A program made the position numbers and the translations under genes. From Eledone cirrhosa (lineage: Eukaryota), in the NCBI GenBank assembly GCA_964016885.1, contig OZ024752.1, positions 35,464,001 through 35,528,000 of the forward strand: a stretch of DNA of 64,000 nt, given 5' to 3'. The notes below the pieces were generated by a model, which did no database searches, was not told the DNA's origin, and saw nothing but the letters and a program-made list of their open reading frames with translations. Position 1 is the first letter of the stretch; each line of letters begins with the position of its first letter. Below are positions 57,028 to 64,000 of this stretch, in pieces.

Positions 57028-57365
57028 ATATTAAATAAATGGAAACTATATTTATAAAACCATATTTATTTTATTTTATATATTTCACTATCACTATCCA
57101 GTGAATTTCCAACCGATAAGGTATGATTTTCATGGGTATGTCTCTATTTATAAAACAAACTTTGTATTTTATCTGATGAAAGCGCACCAATGTTGTCTTG
57201 GTTACCCTTGAAATATATAAAATAAAATAAATATGGTTTTATAAATATAGTTTCCATTTATTTAATATCATAGAATATTTACTCCAGTAAACTGTTGAGT
57301 GCTTTAAATCAGTTATAAACATTTATGTTTGTCGGACTTCCAACAAATTAAATACAACTTCTACT
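57025..57365 (+). mobile_element. Family D-related terminus with inverted 63-bp arm and mutated hammerhead (57165-57229)
   Basis: 57025-57087 is the reverse complement of 57209-57271; CUGAUGA...GAAA present but the cleavage triplet reads AAA. Confidence 0.72.
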
Positions 57366-57367
57366 TA

Positions 57368-57452
<85 letters not shown>

Positions 57453-57720
57453 GTGTGTGTATATATATATATATATATATACACACACATATATATGGAT
57501 GGATGTATGTATATATATGTATACATACATACATTCATACATACATATATACATACATAAATACTGAACGTATTAAAATGACAATATTTAATTAAAAAAA
57601 CCAATAATGAAATATTACGCGTTATTGATGAAATAGGGGATGAATATTTACGACGCATAAAAACCCCAACATTTTGGCAAATCAATACCTGTTTATATGC
57701 CTTAGCAACGACAGAGATAT

Positions 57721-59270
57721 TAACTTCGACGACGCCTGTTTGGGGGGGGAACTCCGGATATGGTTCTCGCCACAGATGGTTGAGGAGCTTGGCCGCCGGG
57801 GTCTCCAGGTCAATAGCTCCAAATGTGAGCTCTGGATCCTCAACCACCCGGCTTCTCAACACCAACAGCTAATCGACCTGTTTGCAGAGTCCTTCCCTTC
57901 TATCGCGGTCCCTCCCCCGTCGGCTTGGTGCACCTTAGGAGCCCCAATCACAGACCTTGCCTTCGAGTCAATCTTCCAATCGAAGATGGTTGGCCTTGAG
58001 CAGCTGCTGAAGAATATGGAAGTTATCGAACCCCATCAAGGTTTCTTCATACTCAGGAACTGCCTGTCTATTCCTGAGCTTCTGTATCTGTTCAGAGTCA
58101 GCCTCTCTCACAGATTTCCGTCCTGCCTCAAATGCTTCGACGACCTAATCTTCGAGAGACTCGAGTGCCTGGTCAATGTTAGACTCTCTCCAGAGTCCCG
58201 CGATCACGCTGCGTTGCCCAAGCGATTTGGGGGGTCTTGGTCTTCGTAAGTGTTCGTTTCTCTCTCTCCCCTGCTTCCTTTCCTCCACCCACGCTTGCTC
58301 CACCCTGGTGAGCAGCATCCTCTCCTCTCCAACATGGGCTAGTTCCAACAGGGAGTTGGGTGAAGCTCTCCAGCAATGGAGTGAGTTGGGTTTGTTTCTT
58401 CCCGAGAAGGTGGAGGACAGTCGAAGTCAGAGAACTTGGGACAGCATAAGTTCGAAGGCCACCGTCGACTCCCTCTTAGTCCAGTCAGATCAGTTTGCAA
58501 GATGCCAGCGCCAAATACTCAGGCGACTGGGTTGATGCCCTACCCGTGGCCAAAGTCGTTGGCCTACTCAGGCTGGACGAACTTCATGTCTCCATCGCCC
58601 TCAGAGTGGGAGCTGACGTCTGCATGGGTTTGAGGTGCCGATGCGGCAAACTCCTCGACTCCACAGGCCTCCACGGTCTTTCTTGCCGCCTGAATGCCGG
58701 CCGATTCGCGCGTCACGCGGAGCTAAGCCTCATTCTCAAGAGAGCTTTGGCCCGGGCGAACATCCCCTCAATCTTAGAACCATCTGGGTTGTCCAGAAGT
58801 GACGGCAAAAGACCTGACGGTCTTACCTTGTGCCCATGGTCGAGAGGCAGGTGTCTTGTCTGGGACGTCACTGTTAGTGACCCTTTTGCTCTTTCCCACA
58901 TCCTGGGTGCTGCGGTTAGGACGATGGCCACAGATTCCGCAGCCGAGCGGAGTAAGACCCTCAAATACTCTGATCTGTCGGCCAGCTACATTTTTCAGCC
59001 TGTGGCTTTCGAGACGTTTGGGGGAGTCGGGCCGCTGACTGCGAGGTTCCTCTCTTCACTGGCGGCTCGCCTAATAGAGGTAACTGGCGAATCTTGCGAG
59101 GGCGCTTGGTTGTTCCAGCGCATTAGCCTCGCCATCACCCGAGGCAACATTGCGAGTGTGCTGGCTTGCCTCAAAAATCATTAGAGAGGTTGCCCAGTAC
59201 CCCTCGCTGCTGTCTTTTGCTCTGGTGTTGGCTCGGTTGTTCACCCTTTCCTTTACATTTTCTTTAATAT
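57721..59270 (+). mobile_element. 5'-truncated CRE-like non-LTR retrotransposon (RT C-terminus, Zn knuckle, restriction-like endonuclease), at least two frameshifts
   Basis: [83 protein letters not shown]. Confidence 0.9.
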
Positions 59271-59372
59271 TAATAATGAAATTATTGTGTAAAGTGCTCA
59301 GGTGCACTACAACTCGTCAATATAGTACATAGAATAATACACAAATGTCAGGGAAGTACATGTGTGTATGTG

Positions 59373-61313
59373 TTAGCTGTTCTGTTGGCGGATCTCGGGA
59401 AGCATGGAGGCCTTAAAGGATGCAGTGTCTCGACAGCTAACAACTGATGCAGGTAGTTTGTTCCATGCTTCAGCAACTCTGAGCGTGAAAAAATGTTTCC
59501 GAAAGTCATGGGAACTGTGCTGTTTTCTTACTTTGTGGGCATGTCCACGTGTGTTAGACACATGGAAATCGAAAAGGTACTCAGGGTTGTTGTTGGCAGC
59601 ATGGTTAACAATTTTGTGGGTGTTTACCAAGTCAGTTGCCAGGCGTCGGAGCTTCAATGAATCCATGCCCAGGGAAGCAAGGCGCTCAGAGTATGGTAGA
59701 TGCCTGATGGAGGGTATTCGCTTGGTTGCACGTCTCTGAACAGTTTCCAGGCGGTCAATGTTCTGAGCAAGATAGGGGTTCCAGACTGGTGATGCAAATT
59801 CTAAGTGTGGTCGCACCATAGCTGTATACAGCCTTAAATAGATATCTGGAGAGCGGCTGACAAAGGTCTTGCTGAGTGATGCTAAGACACCCTCGGCCCT
59901 CTTGACAATTTTAGAGACGTGCCTCGTCCAACGCAAATCGCTGCTGACCGTAATGCCCAGGTCACGTTCACAGGAAGACTTCTTGATATTAGTGCTGTGG
60001 AGGGAGTATGTGGACGCTGGGTTTTTACTCCCAAAATGCATGGTGGTGCACTTGTCCACAGCTAGCTTGAGTTGCCAGTCTGAGATCCACTGTTGCATTG
60101 TGTCCAGGTCAGACTGCAAGCAAGATCTATAGTGTTCAGGATCTGTCCTTTTTATCTCAAGGTACAGCTTGATGTCGTCTGCGTACTTTAGTACTGTGGC
60201 ATTCCTTAAGTTGGCATCTATGTCATTAATATATGCCACAAACAAAATGGGGCCAAGAACAGATCCCTGAGGTACACCAGATGACATCTCATATGGTGAG
60301 GAATGCTGTCCCAGAACCGTGACTACCTCTCTTCGACTGAGAATGAAGGACTTCAACCAGTTAAAAAGATCATCCTTCACACCCATTGCAGAGAGTTTTG
60401 CCATAAGCCTTTTGTGTGGCACAGAATTGAAGGCCTTCGCAAAGTCAAGGTAAACAACATCCACCCATGAGCCGCCATCAGTGATCCGGGTGATGTCCTC
60501 AAGAAACTCTATAAGTTGATCACAGCAGCTGGAGTTGGGGATAAATCCAAATTGCGAGGGCCGGATAAGACTGTGAGAGCTCCAGAAGTTCCAAAGTGTT
60601 TCTCTGACACAGGATTCCATCAGTTTGGCGATGCAACTAGTAAGACTGACTGGACGATAGTTTACAGGTGATGTGCGGTCACCCTTTTTGAACAGAGGAA
60701 TGCCACTGGCAGTTTTCCACTGTTCTGGAGTAGCACTGTTGTTCAGACAGAATTGGAAGAAGCGTGATAACTGGTGTAGAAGGAAGTACCCACCACGTTT
60801 AAGAAGCAGGTACGTAACACCATCAAGACCAGGAGAGGCATGGTTGCGTTTATTTTTTAGGTGACGTCGCAGCATTGCAGGTGTAAATTCCATGGTTGTA
60901 ATAGAGTCCGGTGTCATAGGTGGTGGAGATGGTACACTCTGGTCTTCAATGGTGAAAATGCCTGCATAGCATTCAGCAATGAGCTCTGAGCATTCCTTGG
61001 GGTCGTCAGTAACCTGGCTTGTGTGGGGATTGCGAAGAGGACCAACTGGAGAGTGAGGCCTCTGCTTTGAGTGAACATACTTCCAGAACACCTTACTGTC
61101 AGGGCTGGTTGCTATGCGCTGCTCAAATTGAAGCACTGCCTTTTTTGTCACCTGTTTGAGGTGGTTGGACGATCTATTTCGCCTCTTCCTATTAATGTCT
61201 GATTTGTGAAGTTTGTACTCACGTTCAGCATTGCGCCGTTCTTTTCTGGCAAGACGGACTGCTGCAGTCTCCCAAATTGCGCTTTTGGGATGTTTTTTCC
61301 GCTTACGTGGCAC
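59373..61313 (-). CDS. CR1-clade LINE ORF2 reverse transcriptase, 5'-truncated but with uninterrupted frame (element about 59272-61349)
   Basis: SPGLDG, PLFKKG, NYRPVSLT, QFGF, YLDFAKAF, GVPQGSVLGP, YADD, ERDLG, VRPHLEF, LETVQRRATK, TRGH, WNKLP; short 3'UTR with ATT-rich tail. Confidence 0.95.
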   Translation of the reverse strand: MPRKRKKHPKSAIWETAAVRLARKERRNAEREYKLHKSDINRKRRNRSSNHLKQVTKKAVLQFEQRIATSPDSKVFWKYVHSKQRPHSPVGPLRNPHTSQVTDDPKECSELIAECYAGIFTIEDQSVPSPPPMTPDSITTMEFTPAMLRRHLKNKRNHASPGLDGVTYLLLKRGGYFLLHQLSRFFQFCLNNSATPEQWKTASGIPLFKKGDRTSPVNYRPVSLTSCIAKLMESCVRETLWNFWSSHSLIRPSQFGFIPNSSCCDQLIEFLEDITRITDGGSWVDVVYLDFAKAFNSVPHKRLMAKLSAMGVKDDLFNWLKSFILSRREVVTVLGQHSSPYEMSSGVPQGSVLGPILFVAYINDIDANLRNATVLKYADDIKLYLEIKRTDPEHYRSCLQSDLDTMQQWISDWQLKLAVDKCTTMHFGSKNPASTYSLHSTNIKKSSCERDLGITVSSDLRWTRHVSKIVKRAEGVLASLSKTFVSRSPDIYLRLYTAMVRPHLEFASPVWNPYLAQNIDRLETVQRRATKRIPSIRHLPYSERLASLGMDSLKLRRLATDLVNTHKIVNHAANNNPEYLFDFHVSNTRGHAHKVRKQHSSHDFRKHFFTLRVAEAWNKLPASVVSCRDTASFKASMLPEIRQQNS

Positions 61314-62544
61314 CGATGCTGCACATGCTGTCCATATTGAGCTCAGGATTTTCTATTGTAACATTAAAAGAATATATCTTTCTGAAAGAATCGCGAGCAA
61401 TTTATAATGTTATCTAAGCATTTGTAATGGTATTTATGTATATATTTAAAACATATTTGTTATGTTATTCTACTGTAAATTTATTCATTTGGTAGAAATA
61501 TAGAAAGGGCAAAGGATGACAAATAAAACAAAACAAAGTTATGTTTTTACCCAGAATATTTCAACATAGCATTTCAGGGTTATTACCTTCTTCCTAAAGA
61601 TAAAAACGAAAACGGATATTCTCCTCTCCTCCTGATAAATTAAAAAGATGGGCTACTTTTTTTAGGTTTACACCGTATGAACAGTTTATCACCACTTTAT
61701 CGAAATGGCAGAAGCCGAATTTGTGACTCCGATTCATGGTAAAGTTAATGGGGTTTTTTGCTTGCTTTCTTCAAATTCTTTATTGTTATATTATATTTGA
61801 GGAAATATACTATATTGTTGTAAACCATGTAATTCTTTCCCGCGTGAATAATTTGTTTGCCTAATTTGTAACAGAAAAACGATCTGTCAAAACCGGATCT
61901 GTTACAAATATAGTTACTGTATCAAGCGGTAACAAAGAACTTAACAAACCTTTATATTTCATATCGCAATATTTAATAACTTCTTGCTTTTCTTTTTTAC
62001 TTCAAGTTTAAATCTCACCTGGTTTGACTTTTTCCCCTTTTTTTCTTTGTTAAATATCCAGCATCGATAGATCGATATTTCGTGAACTTGTTTGTGCCTT
62101 CTTAGCTATAAACAGGATGTGAGCGAGGATCAAGGTAGGAGTGTCCACGCTACGTTCCCTATGAGTATCGACAAGATCAACTAGATTTTTGCTACTCCTA
62201 TCACCACTTCAAGCAACAGTTATAAGCTACAAAACAGCCAAAAGCAACGCTGAAAGCTACAAGCCGTGAACACAAGAAGAAGCTATAAACCATTAATTAA
62301 TATATATTTATATGCTAATAATATTTATACTAATATGCGAGTTATATATAATTATAAATATGAAAGGGTAGCATTAAGCACTACCCAATTACCAGTAAGA
62401 GAAAAAGCTCAATGTAAATTATCAGATGCATCAGATGTATTACTGAGCAGAGATACAAAATATAAAACAATCAAATTTTTGCTTAATACATTTTTATAAT
62501 TATATGTTAATAATTAGTATCATTACGAAAGCTATATTATACAT

Positions 62545-62740
62545 AGGTACCCAATTTTTAACCCCTGTTAATAAATTACCTATAATTATTCAGTCGGTGC
62601 TCCACTTATCTAAACAGCTAGTTTCTGTCACAGGTGCGAGCTGTATAACAACTTACGCAAAGAGTATAAGAAAGAATTACGAATATTTGTTGTGGCAATA
62701 AATTTTGGATCGGTGTATTTTAATTTGAAATATCTGTGTT

Positions 62741-62836
<96 letters not shown>

Positions 62837-62963
62837 TTTCTTATACTCTTTGCGTAAGTTATTATACAGCTCGCACCTGTAACGGAAACATAAGTAGCTG
62901 TTTAGTTAAGTGGAGCACTGACTAAATAATTAGTGGTAATTTATTAACGGGTTAAAAAATAGG

Positions 62964-62965
<2 letters not shown>
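62545..62965. mobile_element. About 130-bp inverted repeat pair enclosing a (TA)n tract (MITE-like)
   Basis: 62545-62677 is the approximate reverse complement of 62833-62965. Confidence 0.7.
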
Positions 62966-62996
<31 letters not shown>

Positions 62997-63376
62997 ATGT
63001 GTGTGTATGTATGTATGTGTGTGTGTATGTATATATGTGTGTGTGTATGTATATATATGTGTATGTATGTATATATGTATGTGTGTGTATTATATATGTA
63101 TGTGTGTATATGTATATATATATATGTGTGTGTGTGTGTATGTATATATATATGCGTGTGTATGTATATATATATGCGTGTGTGTATATGTATATATTTG
63201 TGTGTGTGTGTATGTATATATATATGTGTGTGTGTGTGTATATATATGTGTGTGAACGCCAGCACCAACAGTTTTGCAAGAGATGTCAACATGAATGGAC
63301 CTGTTATTTTTATCTAAAGGAATCTTTACCAATTCCAACCCGCCCGTCCCCTCAATCTATCTTATTTCTCATTCTT

Positions 63377-63412
63377 TCTTCTGATGAAGGACTAGCGTCC
63401 GACACGTTAAGA
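63377..63412 (+). ncRNA. Minimal hammerhead relic with GAAA to GACA change
   Basis: UCUU CUGAUGA A GGAC-uagc-GUCC GAcA CGU U/ AAGA; flanked by microsatellites. Confidence 0.6.
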
Positions 63413-63697
63413 CCCTCTTCCTGCTATATCAAGCGTTAACCTAATATATACCTTCCATATACTGTACCGATTGTGTTGTTATTTCTGTTTACTTTTTACA
63501 TACATATATATATATATATATATATAACGAAGGAATTGTGGTAAGGAACCAGATGAACCATAACGCACCAGAGTACTCAATACTTAGGATAGTAGAGTGG
63601 GTAATGGGAAAAGGTATGACCCCGACGGCAGAGCTCTAGCCGTTTCGACGGCTATTTTGGACGAATGTGAATGTGAGAGTTGGGGGAAGAACGCGGT

Positions 63698-63732
<35 letters not shown>

Positions 63733-64000
63733 TAATGAAGGCGTGTGGCTGAGTGGTTAGAGAATTGGATTCACAATCTTGAGGTTGTGAGTGCGATTCC
63801 TGGACCGGGCAATGCTTTATGTCCTTGAGCAAGACACTTTATTTCACGTTGCTCCTTCTACCTGGAGTTGCGACCGATAGATAGTATTAGCAACTGGAAA
63901 GACCAACGGAAACATTGTTTCCTCGGTCCGATTTGACGAAAGTCGATCGATATACCATGTATATATATGTATATATAATTACTCTAGTAGCACACCTCCT

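Overview
AT-rich, repeat-saturated animal DNA. It is most likely from an octopod cephalopod, inferred from tRNA-head/Meta-core SINEs resembling Octopus SINEs and from very long (TA)n/(CA)n/(GA)n tracts. There is no operon, rRNA/tRNA gene or CRISPR array, and nearly all long ORFs in the track are microsatellite or minisatellite artefacts. Real protein similarity is all transposon-derived: a 5'-truncated CR1-type RT with an open frame (59.3-61.3 kb), a CRE-like RT/RLE element (57.7-59.3 kb) plus fragments, RTE fragments (one with a twin-priming-type inversion), two Penelope-like GIY-YIG 3' ends, and pogo/Tigger and R4/Dong relics. The only host-gene candidate is a signal-peptide-like exon at the left edge (minus strand). 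The most notable structure is a set of Penelope-like terminal repeats from several families sitting in (TA)n tracts. They carry type I hammerhead ribozyme folds, including a family-conserved CAGAAGA (U4A) variant. Many form fold-back palindromes of 75 bp to 2.6 kb whose breakpoints cluster inside the ribozyme. Also seen are SINE multimers inside single target-site duplications, many minisatellites made from TE fragments, and an 84-bp satellite with C2H2 zinc-finger-like 28-codon phasing. All calls are by eye; coordinates of degraded elements are approximate.
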